Positions 1 to 8,701 of a DNA stretch of 45,218 nt are shown one piece after another. Below the pieces are notes generated by a model. It was given only the letters and a program-made list of their open reading frames with translations, was not told the origin of the DNA and did no database searches. Source of the stretch: a candidate division WS1 bacterium (GTDB lineage: Bacteria > Armatimonadota > Zipacnadia > Zipacnadales > Zipacnadaceae); assembly GCA_012523355.1 (NCBI GenBank), contig JAAYIR010000045.1, forward strand, positions 1 to 45,218, in the 5' to 3' direction. A program made the translations under genes and the position numbers. The stretch's first letter is position 1. Every line of letters begins with the position of its first letter.

Positions 1-104
1 ACCTTCTCACCCATAGCCGCGGTGAGGCGACGGCCAAAAAAGAGCAGCAGGCCGCAAGCCGCAAATGGTAAAACTGAATTCAGCCATGCCAAATTAAGGA
101 ACAT
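1..104 (-). CDS. nuoL: NADH:quinone oxidoreductase subunit L, 5' end only (runs off window)
   Basis: Not in the ORF track. Manual translation from ATG at 104 gives MFLNLAWLNSVLPFAACGLLLFFGRRLTAAMGEK, resembling NuoL N-termini (AWL..LP...LL.FGRRL). Overlaps the MFS stop; expected position after nuoK. Confidence 0.65.
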   Translation of the reverse strand, partial: MFLNLAWLNSVLPFAACGLLLFFGRRLTAAMGEK

Positions 105-1404
105 GATTTGCTTGCTGTTGCCGCGCCTCCCCTCGCGGCTCAGGACGCTCGGAGTGCGGCTCACGTACCCTCATAAAGGCCACCCCGGCCACCAGAATGA
201 GCATGGCTCCTGTAATCACAAACGGCACCCGCACGTCACTGTGGGCTGCAATGGTGCCTCCTACCAGCGGTCCCAGAGCGCCGCCCAGACAAGACATCGA
301 GCACATCAGGCCAAAGGCCCCGCCGTAGCGCTCTCTGGGCACCAGCGTCCCCACCAGCGCGTTCACTGCCGGGCCGCTTCCGCCACTGGAGAGACCCAAG
401 AACGCCCGCAGTCCAAACAACTCGCCCAGATTATGAACAAAGGCCTGGGGCAAGCAGAACAGGCCCGCGGTCCCGGTGCAGGCCACCAGGACCTGCTTGC
501 GGCCAATCCGATCACACAACCGACCGCTCCCCACTGCAGACACAGAAGCCACCAGACCAGAAATGGCGAGCATCATCCCAGTCACCGAGGCCACGTCCTG
601 CCGAGCCACTGCGATCTTCTCCACCAGCAATGGGAACAGGGGTCCCGCGACGGATCCAGAAAGATTGAGCAGCAACGCCACCACCAGCATGGTAGTGAAC
701 CCCGGGGTGCGCAACACATCGCCCATTGCGCTGCGTCCCGGCTGCTTCCCTGGCCCAGGCCGCCGGAAGTGTTCCCGTGTGCCAAAGACTACCAAGAGCC
801 CGGCGGTGAACAACAAAGCCCCCGTAATGAAGAAGGCTGCCCGATAGCCGAAGCGATCCGCGGCGATACCGCCCAGCAGAGGCCCAATGGCGAAACCGCT
901 GAATATCGAGGTCTGTATGAGTCCCATGCTGAACCCCATTCGGGAGCGCGGCGTAACGCTGGAGACCAGCGCGGTTGCCGCCGTCACGGTGCCAGTCACG
1001 AAGCCCTGCACCAACCGGAGCACGATGATCTGTCCCAGACTCGTCGCCAGACCCATCAGGGCCATGACTGCCGCTCCGCCAAACATCGCCCGCAAGACCA
1101 TGGGCCTCCGTCCATGTCGGTCGGCCACGCTCCCCCAGATGGGCGCAGCGACCATCATCGCGAGTCCAGTCACTGAGACCGTGACGCCGGACCAGAAGGC
1201 CACCTGGGCGTCTCCCCGCACGCCCAACTCCCGCAGATAGAAGGGCAGAAAGGGCATCACGAAGGAGAACGCAATCATGGCAATCAGTTGCGCGATCCAC
1301 ATCACATACAAGGTCAACTGCCAGCCAGGCGTTCCGTCTGCGCTGGTGTCAACGCCCTCTTCTACTGCCGTCAGCTGTTGCTGCAGCTCAGGTTCACTAG
1401 CCAT
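94..1404 (-). CDS. MFS transporter (DHA1/MdtG-like)
   Basis: About 12 hydrophobic segments; motif A in both halves (GSVADRHGRRP, GRLCDRIGRKQ); FSFVMPFLPFY. Start placed at ATG 1404, downstream of the nuoK stop. Confidence 0.9.
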   Translation of the reverse strand: MASEPELQQQLTAVEEGVDTSADGTPGWQLTLYVMWIAQLIAMIAFSFVMPFLPFYLRELGVRGDAQVAFWSGVTVSVTGLAMMVAAPIWGSVADRHGRRPMVLRAMFGGAAVMALMGLATSLGQIIVLRLVQGFVTGTVTAATALVSSVTPRSRMGFSMGLIQTSIFSGFAIGPLLGGIAADRFGYRAAFFITGALLFTAGLLVVFGTREHFRRPGPGKQPGRSAMGDVLRTPGFTTMLVVALLLNLSGSVAGPLFPLLVEKIAVARQDVASVTGMMLAISGLVASVSAVGSGRLCDRIGRKQVLVACTGTAGLFCLPQAFVHNLGELFGLRAFLGLSSGGSGPAVNALVGTLVPRERYGGAFGLMCSMSCLGGALGPLVGGTIAAHSDVRVPFVITGAMLILVAGVAFMRVREPHSERPEPRGEARQQQANHVP

Positions 1405-1450
1405 ACTATCATCAGCTTCTTTGAAGTATTGCTCCGTTGTTACCGCTAAC

Positions 1451-1798
1451 TTATCCGCGGAGTTGGTCCATCTCGTCCGGCGTGACACTGCCTATGTTGC
1501 GGTACAGAGCCAAGATCAGCGCCAAACCAACGGCAGCCTCGCAAGCCGCCAGCGCAATGACCATGAGCGCAAAGACCTGTCCACTCACGGCTGCAGGCTG
1601 CACATAGCGGTTAAAGGCCACCAGGTTGAGGTTGGCCGCGTTAAGCATCAGTTCCAGGCCCAGCAGAATCGCCACCGCATGGCGACGGGTCAAGACGGCA
1701 AACAGGCCCATAACGAACAGCAATCCGGCCAGAATCAGGTAGTGCTGAAGCCCGACGTGCAGCCCGGGCAGATAGAATTGTGGCGCGGCAAAATGCAT
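1451..1798 (-). CDS. nuoK: NADH:quinone oxidoreductase subunit K
   Basis: LELMLNAANLNLVAF and ALAACEAAVGLAL motifs. Confidence 0.95.
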   Translation of the reverse strand: MHFAAPQFYLPGLHVGLQHYLILAGLLFVMGLFAVLTRRHAVAILLGLELMLNAANLNLVAFNRYVQPAAVSGQVFALMVIALAACEAAVGLALILALYRNIGSVTPDEMDQLRG

Positions 1799-1869
1799 GA
1801 TTTATCAGCTTCAGACGACCGCCTGCGACAGCCCCGATCGCCTCACGGCAGCAGGGAGGGAAGTCGGAG

Positions 1870-1922
1870 GACCCCTCCCGGCGGCGCAGACGCCGCCGAC
1901 CTCCCCTCAAGGAGGGGAGGTG
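1870..1922. repeat. Solo REP-like double-hairpin element, same family as the repeats around the DUF559 gene
   Basis: GACCCCTCCC-GGCGGCG(caga)CGCCGCC-GA-CCTCCCCT(caagg)AGGGGAGG-TG; same architecture as the copies at 11628, 12100 and 12233. Confidence 0.8.
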
Positions 1923-1987
1923 TCGGACTCTGGCCGCAGGCAGTGCGGTTCCAGAGGTTGGGCATACAATGGGCCAGAGGCCCGAAC

Positions 1988-2506
1988 CTACTCTCCCTCC
2001 GCGCGTGTGCGGGCAATCACGATGGCCCCGATGATAGCAGCCAAGATGACCACTGAGAGGGCCTCGAAGGCGAGAACCTCCCGAGTGAGCAGGGCCTGAC
2101 CCAGCTGGGCGGCGTTGCCCACGCCCAGACTGCCCGGGTCCTGTCCCGCAAAATCGGTCATCAGCAGTGCTGCCACCAAGGCCAAGAACATTGTGCCAGC
2201 GGCCAACAGCCCAACTAGCGGGTTGTGGCTTCCGGCCAGAATCCCTCCACCGAGAATGCGCTGCAGCATCATGACCGCAAACAGAATCAGTACTGTGATG
2301 GCCCCGGCGTAGATGAGAATCTGCACGGCGAACATGAAGTGCGCGGCCAGCACAGCGTACAGGCCGGCGATCCCCAGCAAGCAGGGCAGCAGGGCCAGCG
2401 CGGCATGCAGCACCCGACGCGCAAAGAGGACCCCCAGCGCCGATACCAGGATCAGTGCTGCGACCAGATAGAAAGCCAAATCTGCGAAGATCTGTACGTC
2501 AGACAT
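1988..2506 (-). CDS. nuoJ: NADH:quinone oxidoreductase subunit J
   Basis: VQILIYAGAITVLILFAVMM and LAFEALSVVILAAIIGAIVIAR motifs. Confidence 0.95.
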   Translation of the reverse strand: MSDVQIFADLAFYLVAALILVSALGVLFARRVLHAALALLPCLLGIAGLYAVLAAHFMFAVQILIYAGAITVLILFAVMMLQRILGGGILAGSHNPLVGLLAAGTMFLALVAALLMTDFAGQDPGSLGVGNAAQLGQALLTREVLAFEALSVVILAAIIGAIVIARTRAEGE

Positions 2507-2560
2507 ATTAGATTACAGTGCTCATTTTGCGAGACGCCGCCCATAGCCGGCGGCCGCGGC

Positions 2561-3637
2561 CTAGAGTGGCCCCGGATTCGGCCCCTTGACTTCCCGCATT
2601 ATCGCCCAGGCCAGGGCCCAGGGACGCACATAATGGCGGTGCAGTGGCGTCACTCCCAGACCGTAGCCAACGGCGAGAGCGCCGCCCGCCACCCGCATGG
2701 CAGCCTCGGGCAACAGCGCCAGCATCCACAAGGCTCCACCAAACAGCGTCAGGATCACCAGATAGCCCCACCAGTCCCACCACACCATGTGGAAGGACCG
2801 CAGCTCCTTGAGCACGGCGCAAAGAGCCATCTCGAGCTCCTGGCCCCGCAGCTTACGCGATTCATGCCACGTCCCCCACAGCCCAATCACCAGTCCCCAC
2901 CCCCAAAAGAGCCAGGCGAGTGCGGGCACGCCGAGGCACAGAGAACCGTTACTGCTCCAGCCGGAAGCCAGGCTTGACAAGCCCACGCTGAGCAGACTGG
3001 CCTGCACCAAGATCAGGAGCAGCGGCAAATTGTACCTGTACCGCGGATGCGCCAGGAGCAAGTCCGGGGTAAGTGCCCGGACCTGCGGCGAGTCCAAGGC
3101 TGCCATCCGGACGGACGCCGGCTCGCCCTTCAGGTGGCGGATGACCTTCCACGCTTCACGGTGGTAGCGGCGCAGGTCCCAAAGACAGGCGGCCACGGCA
3201 ATATCCACCGGCACCGCCGCCAGGGCTCTGCCCGCCAGCCCTTCCGGACCGGGCACGATCACGGGCACAAAGGTCAGGCCATACAACACCACAAAAACGA
3301 GCACCCCAAAGAGCCGCTGGCCAAGGCCAATTCGTGGCCGCACGCGCATCACCGAGCCAATGACACCACGAGCAAAGTTGCGCGGAGCCAGACGCAGATA
3401 GCCCGCCACTAGCGTGGCCCCCAGCAGGATGCCCCAGGCGATGTCCGCCGCAATGCGCAGGACGACTTCTCTGGTAGCCTGGCGGGGTCCCTGCGCGGTC
3501 AGCCAGGCCAGTGCCTGCCAGAGGTCGTAGAGGGCCAAGGCCACAAAGACCAAGGCCCAAGCGGGACTCGGCAGTCGAGGCCGATCGCGCACCGCCGCTG
3601 GGTCCAGACCGTTGACGTCAAGGTTCACGCACGTCAC
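2561..3637 (-). CDS. Hypothetical multi-pass membrane protein inside the nuo operon
   Basis: Long ORF with many hydrophobic, Trp-rich segments; GTG start forms a GTGA overlap with the nuoI stop; no family recognised. Confidence 0.7.
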   Translation of the reverse strand: MTCVNLDVNGLDPAAVRDRPRLPSPAWALVFVALALYDLWQALAWLTAQGPRQATREVVLRIAADIAWGILLGATLVAGYLRLAPRNFARGVIGSVMRVRPRIGLGQRLFGVLVFVVLYGLTFVPVIVPGPEGLAGRALAAVPVDIAVAACLWDLRRYHREAWKVIRHLKGEPASVRMAALDSPQVRALTPDLLLAHPRYRYNLPLLLILVQASLLSVGLSSLASGWSSNGSLCLGVPALAWLFWGWGLVIGLWGTWHESRKLRGQELEMALCAVLKELRSFHMVWWDWWGYLVILTLFGGALWMLALLPEAAMRVAGGALAVGYGLGVTPLHRHYVRPWALAWAIMREVKGPNPGPL

Positions 3638-4164
3638 GCGCCGCCATCGGCGACGCAACCCACCGGTTCCACCCGCTGAGGTTCCGGAATGTTCCGACCA
3701 CGTTCACGCAGCGTGTCAAGATCACGAATGAGCTTTTGGGGCTGGTCGGTGGCCGTTTCGTAATCCGGGGTCATCGTGATGGCGGCCACAGGGCAGACTT
3801 CCACGCACAGCCAACAGAACTGGCAGAGGCCGGTGTCAATACGGAACTGCACCGGGTGCCGATCCTTGCCCTTGCCCTCCGGGGTGATATGGATACACTG
3901 GTCCGGGCAGATATTCTGGCACTGCAGGCAGGCGATACACCGGAGCCCGCCGGGGCGCTCGGGATCACTGAGGAGAGCGAAGTCGCCGCGGTAGCCCGGG
4001 CGGGGCTGGTAGTCGGGCCGATGGTCGCGTCGCGGATAACGTTCACATACTCCGGGCCGAATCAGATTGATCCCTGTAATGTACAAACCAACCAGGATGG
4101 ACCACGCACCGGCGGCGAGGATCCGCAACAGGTCCCACAGGTTATCTCCGTATCGCTTGCGCAT
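3634..4164 (-). CDS. nuoI: NADH:quinone oxidoreductase subunit I (2x[4Fe-4S])
   Basis: CIACLQCQNICP and CQFCWLCVEVCP ferredoxin motifs; follows nuoH. Confidence 0.95.
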   Translation of the reverse strand: MRKRYGDNLWDLLRILAAGAWSILVGLYITGINLIRPGVCERYPRRDHRPDYQPRPGYRGDFALLSDPERPGGLRCIACLQCQNICPDQCIHITPEGKGKDRHPVQFRIDTGLCQFCWLCVEVCPVAAITMTPDYETATDQPQKLIRDLDTLRERGRNIPEPQRVEPVGCVADGGA

Positions 4165-4172
4165 GGGTTATC

Positions 4173-5246
4173 TCACACGTACAGGGCTGCGGTTCCGGCG
4201 ATGAGCAAGCTCAAGAAGCCCACCGGGAGCAAGACTTTCCAACAGAGAGACATAAGTTGATCCACTCGCAGGCGGGGTAAGGTCCAACGCACCCACATCA
4301 AGAAGAACACCGTGACCGTGGCCTTGCCCAGCAACCAGATCACGCCAGGAATACGCAGCGGATCCGGATAGCCGAAAGGGGAGCTCCATCCCCCCAGAAA
4401 CAGGACGCTGAAGATCAGGCCCACCAGGAAGAAGTTGCCGTATTCGGCGAGGAAGAAGAACGCAAACTTCATCCCCGAGTACTCAGTATGATAACCGGCC
4501 ACCAACTCGCTCTCGGCCTCCGGGAGGTCAAACGGTGTACGATTCACCTCCGCGGTAGCCGCGATCAGATACAGAATTACCGGGAGCCAGAGCCAGGGTC
4601 GCCACAGGTTCCAGCTCAGCAGTCCGAGCGTTTTCTGCTGATCCACGATGGTAGAGAGCGAAAGCGAACCGGCCAGCAAGACCACACAGACGACGGCCAG
4701 AAGCATGGGCACTTCATAGCTGATCATCTGAGCCGCGCCCCGGAGGGCGCCGAGCAGCGACCACTTGTTGTTTGAGCCCCACCCACCCATGAGAATGCCG
4801 ATCACCGATAGCGACCCAAAGGCCAGGACGTAGAGCACCCCGACATGGGCATCCACCATGCGGGCAATGGTGCCCCCTTCCTCCCAGGGGATGACCAAAT
4901 AGCCCAGTAAGCCGACCACGAAGAAGGCTATGGGCCCCAGGGTGTGGAGGATCTTGTCGGCACCGGCCGGCACGATGTCTTCCTTCTGCAGAAGCTTGAG
5001 GGCATCCATGGCGGTCTGGAATATCCCCCAAGGCCCGACGCGCTCGGGGCCGAGGCGGCTCTGAATATACCCGCTGATCTTGCGCTCCAGGTAGATGAAG
5101 ACCAAGGCCACCACCATCACCAGAATCAGGATGGCGACGCCACCCACGATCCAGGCCAGTATGTCCACGAAGACCAGGGGGACGTGCCAGGCCTGGAACC
5201 AGGCGGTGAGTAGATCGCGGAGCCAGTTAGCGATGAAGCTCAGCAT
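4173..5246 (-). CDS. nuoH: NADH:quinone oxidoreductase subunit H
   Basis: ERKISGYIQSRLGPERVGP, GAAQMISYE, NRTPFDLPEAESELVAGYHTEYSG. Confidence 0.97.
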   Translation of the reverse strand: MLSFIANWLRDLLTAWFQAWHVPLVFVDILAWIVGGVAILILVMVVALVFIYLERKISGYIQSRLGPERVGPWGIFQTAMDALKLLQKEDIVPAGADKILHTLGPIAFFVVGLLGYLVIPWEEGGTIARMVDAHVGVLYVLAFGSLSVIGILMGGWGSNNKWSLLGALRGAAQMISYEVPMLLAVVCVVLLAGSLSLSTIVDQQKTLGLLSWNLWRPWLWLPVILYLIAATAEVNRTPFDLPEAESELVAGYHTEYSGMKFAFFFLAEYGNFFLVGLIFSVLFLGGWSSPFGYPDPLRIPGVIWLLGKATVTVFFLMWVRWTLPRLRVDQLMSLCWKVLLPVGFLSLLIAGTAALYV

Positions 5247-5252
5247 GGTCGC

Positions 5253-6365
5253 TTACCTGTCTACGTCTCCAAGAATGATATCCAGGCTGCCGAGGATGGC
5301 CACCAGGTCTGCAACATAGGCTCCCTGGCACATCTCGGGATAGGCCTGGAGGTTGTGGAAACTGGGCGCGCGCCAGTGAAGGCGATAGGGCTTCTCGCTG
5401 CCGTCTGAGATGAGATAGACGCCCAGCTCTCCGCGGGGGGACTCGATGCGCACATAGATTTCGCCTGGGTCCGGCTTGAGCTTGCGCGGGACCTTGACGT
5501 TGATCTCACCCGGCGGCAAGCGATCCAGGCATTGGTGGAGCAGGTGGACGCTCTGCAGCATCTCCTCCTGTCGCACCAAATGGCGCGCCATGACGTCGCC
5601 TTCCGGGCGGGTGGGCACGTCAAACTCCAATTCGGGATAGACGTAGTAAGGCGCGGCACGCCGGAGGTCATAGCTTACCCCGGAGCCACGGAGAGTAGGT
5701 CCGGTCACGCCATAGCTCAACGCCGCCTCGGGCGAGAGATAGCCAACGCCCTCGGTACGGCTGCGGAAGATGCGATTGCGGGTGAGGAGAGCATCGTACT
5801 CCGCCACCCGCCTGGGGAACTCGTCGAGGAAGCTGCGGAGTCCTTCGCAGAAACCAGGCGGGAGGTCATTGCGCAAGCCACCGATGCGGAAGTAATGATA
5901 GAGCAGCCGCTGGCCGCTGGCGTCCTCGAAGAGCTGGAGGATGCGCTCGCGCTCGCGGAAGCAGTAGAGGAAGACGGTGGTGGCGCCGGTGTCCATCCCC
6001 AGGGCGCCGTAGTAGACCAGGTGGGAGGCGATGCGGTTCATCTCCGCCATCATGACTCGAATCCACTGGCAGCGGGGCGTCGGCTCAACGCCCAGCAGGG
6101 ACTCCACCGCCCGGACGTAGGCCAATTCGTTGGCCATGGCGCAGAGGTAGTCGTAGCGATCGGTGTACGGCAGGTACTGACGATAGTCGAGCCGCTCGGC
6201 GATCTTCTCCAGCGAACTGTGCAGGAAGCCGATGTCCGGGCGAACCTCCAGCACTCGCTCGCCATCCAGGCGCAGAATCAGGCGCAACACCCCATGCGTG
6301 GAGGGATGCTGTGGCCCCATATTGACGACGAGTTCTTCAGTTACACAGGTAGGGTCCCAGGTCAT
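5253..6365 (-). CDS. nuoD: NADH:quinone oxidoreductase subunit D
   Basis: NMGPQHPSTHGVLRL, ESPRGELG, C-terminal GDVDR; no Ni-binding CxxC pairs. Confidence 0.97.
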   Translation of the reverse strand: MTWDPTCVTEELVVNMGPQHPSTHGVLRLILRLDGERVLEVRPDIGFLHSSLEKIAERLDYRQYLPYTDRYDYLCAMANELAYVRAVESLLGVEPTPRCQWIRVMMAEMNRIASHLVYYGALGMDTGATTVFLYCFRERERILQLFEDASGQRLLYHYFRIGGLRNDLPPGFCEGLRSFLDEFPRRVAEYDALLTRNRIFRSRTEGVGYLSPEAALSYGVTGPTLRGSGVSYDLRRAAPYYVYPELEFDVPTRPEGDVMARHLVRQEEMLQSVHLLHQCLDRLPPGEINVKVPRKLKPDPGEIYVRIESPRGELGVYLISDGSEKPYRLHWRAPSFHNLQAYPEMCQGAYVADLVAILGSLDIILGDVDR

Positions 6366-6931
6366 GATGCGCCAGTTTCATCTTCCGAAGGCGGGCCGCC
6401 CAGCACAGCGTCGGGGTCCTCGCGTAACGGATCCGGGCTGAGCAGCGGGTTAGAGCGATCGTATTCGTAATCCTTGAGCAGCGGATAGCCGACGAAACCC
6501 TCCGGAAGCAGCAGGTGCTCGCAGTTAGGGTGACCGACGAAGGTCACCCCGAACATCTCCGCAACTTCCCGCTCCGGCCAGAAGGCGAGCTGCCACAGAC
6601 CGGTCACCGTGGGGACCTCGGCCTGCGCCCGGGGCAGGTCCACCTTCACCAACACCATCTCCGCGCCATAGCCCCGGCACAAGGCGTAGACCACCTGCAC
6701 GCGATCGCCCCAGTCCACGCCGCACAGATCCGTCAGGCGGGAGTAGGGCTCGGGCAATTCGTGGAGCCGGTTGAGCAGGGGCAGCAGGTTCTCCGGAGTG
6801 GTGAGCAACTCGGGCCGTCCGGCCCGCACGCAGCCACCGGTAGTCAAGTCACCCGCGATCTCCTGCAACTCGGCAGACAAGGGCTCCGGGCTCGACACCG
6901 AAGCTATCTGCTGCTCCTGACCCTCACTCAT
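6362..6931 (-). CDS. nuoC: NADH:quinone oxidoreductase subunit C
   Basis: [32 protein letters not shown]; 4-nt overlaps with both neighbours. Confidence 0.93.
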   Translation of the reverse strand: MSEGQEQQIASVSSPEPLSAELQEIAGDLTTGGCVRAGRPELLTTPENLLPLLNRLHELPEPYSRLTDLCGVDWGDRVQVVYALCRGYGAEMVLVKVDLPRAQAEVPTVTGLWQLAFWPEREVAEMFGVTFVGHPNCEHLLLPEGFVGYPLLKDYEYDRSNPLLSPDPLREDPDAVLGGPPSEDETGAS

Positions 6932-7548
6932 GGCAGTTCCCGCTTACGAAAGAAGTCCTCATGCTGGCGTTCGCCGTGGCCGATGGTGTCCGCGATTGAC
7001 TCGCGTCGCATGAGCTGGTGCAGTTTGCGGATCGCGTCTATGAACGACTCGGGGCGAGGCGGGCAACCCGGCACGTAGATGTCCACAGGTACCACGCGGT
7101 CCACGCCCCGGACCACGCTATAGGCGTGATGGTAAAAGCGGCCGCCGCTGATCGCGCAATTACCCACGGCGATGACGTACCGCGGCTCGGGCATCTGGTC
7201 ATACAGCCGACGCAACACATCAGCCATCTTCAGGGTGAGCGTTCCCGCGACCAGCATGGCGTCGGCCTGGCGAGGACTGCCTCGGAAGAAGACTCCAAAC
7301 CTATCCAGGTCGTAGCGACTGGCGCCAACAGCCATCATCTCAATGGCGCAGCAGGCGAGGCCGAACTGGAGTCCCCAAGTACTACAAGCGCGCCCGGTAT
7401 CGAGGACCTTGTCCACCACGTTAATGAAGGCCACCGAGAGCCCGCCCTCGTGATGAGTCTGGGCCCAGCGGCGCAGCGGTTGCTCAGGTGCCCGGGGTAG
7501 ATTGCCGGGCAGTTGGCGGAGGCGGTCCTCCAGCTCCCTCAGACCCAT
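6928..7548 (-). CDS. nuoB: NADH:quinone oxidoreductase subunit B
   Basis: [34 protein letters not shown]. Confidence 0.97.
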   Translation of the reverse strand: MGLRELEDRLRQLPGNLPRAPEQPLRRWAQTHHEGGLSVAFINVVDKVLDTGRACSTWGLQFGLACCAIEMMAVGASRYDLDRFGVFFRGSPRQADAMLVAGTLTLKMADVLRRLYDQMPEPRYVIAVGNCAISGGRFYHHAYSVVRGVDRVVPVDIYVPGCPPRPESFIDAIRKLHQLMRRESIADTIGHGERQHEDFFRKRELP

Positions 7549-7916
7549 TCCAGATCCCCCTTCCGCCAGGCATACGCAAGTCCCAGCAAGAGAACAGCGA
7601 TGAAGATGCCCATCTCTACAGCAGGAAACAGATTCAGACCCGCCTGCAGGCTGAGGGACTTGTAGACTACTGCCCAGGGGACAAGGAATATCGCTTCAAT
7701 GTCGAAGAGCACGAAGATCAGCGCAATGACGTAGTAACGAACGAAGAACTTACTCCAGGCCTCCCCCCACGGGATGATGCCGCACTCGTACGTAAGCAGC
7801 TTATCCTCGTACTGGTCTACGGGCCGCAGCAGGTAGGCGATGAACAAGGCAACCGCAGCGAAAGCAAGCCCCAGCGCGACCAAGGTGGCCACTGGGCCGT
7901 AGTGGATGGCAGTCAT
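7539..7916 (-). CDS. nuoA: NADH:quinone oxidoreductase subunit A
   Basis: [30 protein letters not shown]; start trimmed to ATG 7916 after AGGGG RBS-like sequence. Confidence 0.95.
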   Translation of the reverse strand: MTAIHYGPVATLVALGLAFAAVALFIAYLLRPVDQYEDKLLTYECGIIPWGEAWSKFFVRYYVIALIFVLFDIEAIFLVPWAVVYKSLSLQAGLNLFPAVEMGIFIAVLLLGLAYAWRKGDLEWV

Positions 7917-8075
7917 GGATGTCCCCTGAGGTTCGAATAACGGCGCACTTCCGGTCTCGGCCAGCCACAAAAGAGGGGCTCTATCACGCGAGCCGAGCCC
8001 CGGGGATTGCCGTAATTTGTGCCTGCAAGCGCACTGATCACTGCCACGCGACCAAACTCTACAGGCAGTAGAGGT

Positions 8076-8104
8076 ATTATAGCCCGGACCCTCGAGTCTG
8101 TCAA
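8076..8104 (-). promoter_or_regulatory. Sigma70-type promoter of the nuo operon
   Basis: Perfect TTGACA-17 nt-TATAAT on the minus strand. Confidence 0.9.
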
Positions 8105-8245
8105 ACTGGGGGCCACCGGCACATGGCTCACACGTGGGCCCGAGAGACCTTGCTTGACCCCGGGACTTGCCGCCTGTGCTACCTTCTGCCCTCCTCTCGC
8201 GGTCAGCCAGGTAGACAACCAGCTCACACCCAATATGGCGCCTGC

Positions 8246-8274
8246 TTGACAAGGCGCGGCGGAACCGCTATCCT
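8246..8274 (+). promoter_or_regulatory. Sigma70-type promoter for small ORF and tRNA-Met
   Basis: TTGACA-17 nt-TATCCT. Confidence 0.8.
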
Positions 8275-8296
8275 ATCCCCCTACGGAGGAGCATTG

Positions 8297-8470
8297 ATGA
8301 GCAAGATCAGAGTTAACTACGAGCAACTGCGCGCGGCTGAGACCAAGCGGATGCGCGAGTTTGAGCATCAGATACTGAGCGGTCTGGACCGCGAGGTTGC
8401 AGGCCGCCGCGAGGCCAAGCGCAGTGGGAAGAAGAAGCGTGGTCGGGGGCCCCGGCGCAGCAGTAGCTAA
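8297..8470 (+). CDS. Small basic hypothetical protein (57 aa)
   Basis: GGAGGA RBS 6 nt before ATG, directly after the promoter; Arg/Lys-rich tail (RREAKRSGKKKRGRGPRR). Confidence 0.7.
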   Translation: MSKIRVNYEQLRAAETKRMREFEHQILSGLDREVAGRREAKRSGKKKRGRGPRRSSS

Positions 8471-8484
8471 ACCAACAAGACGGT

Positions 8485-8561
8485 GGCGGCGTAGCTCAGG
8501 TGGTCAGAGCGCGCGGTTCATACCCGCGTTGTCGGAGGTTCGACTCCTCCCGCCGCTACCA
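8485..8561 (+). tRNA. tRNA-Met (CAT), elongator type
   Basis: Cloverleaf: acceptor GGCGGCG/CGCCGCT, anticodon arm CGCGG-TTCATAC-CCGCG, GGTTCGA T-loop, encoded CCA. Confidence 0.93.
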
Positions 8562-8628
8562 TATTCCTGGGGGTTGGCTGTCTATGAACTGGCGGGGAGG
8601 CACCGACGCCGAACTGTGCAGTCTCCTG

Positions 8629-8664
8629 GAACGGCGGGCGTGGGCGCCCGCCGTTCGTTGTTGT
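8629..8664 (+). terminator. 12-bp hairpin, probable terminator after tRNA-Met
   Basis: GAACGGCGGGCG-tggg-CGCCCGCCGTTC followed by GTTGTTGT (weak U-tract). Confidence 0.5.
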
Positions 8665-8701
8665 ATGCTCGGAAAGAAGCGCCGTCAGGAAGGTATCACC
8701 T

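Noticed and set aside
22-1176. 384-aa plus-strand ORF and other long shadow ORFs (e.g. 5532-6470, 17149-17910, 18534-19469, 41010-41957)
   Set aside because: Antisense to well-supported genes, no motifs; expected in GC-rich DNA.
2508-2822. 104-aa alternative-frame ORF ending just before nuoJ
   Set aside because: Mostly overlaps the longer membrane-protein ORF, composition is not protein-like, and there is no evidence for a frameshift.
5253-7548. nuoB/C/D as a group 4 NiFe hydrogenase
   Set aside because: The large subunit lacks both CxxC nickel motifs and has complex I signatures (HPSTHG, terminal DVDR).
7917-8252. N-terminal extensions in the ORF track (nuoA, also thrC, rpsR, DUF559, M48, fumarase alpha)
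   Set aside because: Most extensions run over promoters, repeats or upstream genes; internal ATGs fit the family N-termini better.
8485-8561. CAT tRNA as initiator or Ile2 linked to nearby tilS
   Set aside because: No C1:A72 mismatch or GGG/CCC anticodon stem of tRNA-fMet; the GGCGGCG acceptor resembles elongator tRNA-Met. Proximity to tilS is probably coincidental.
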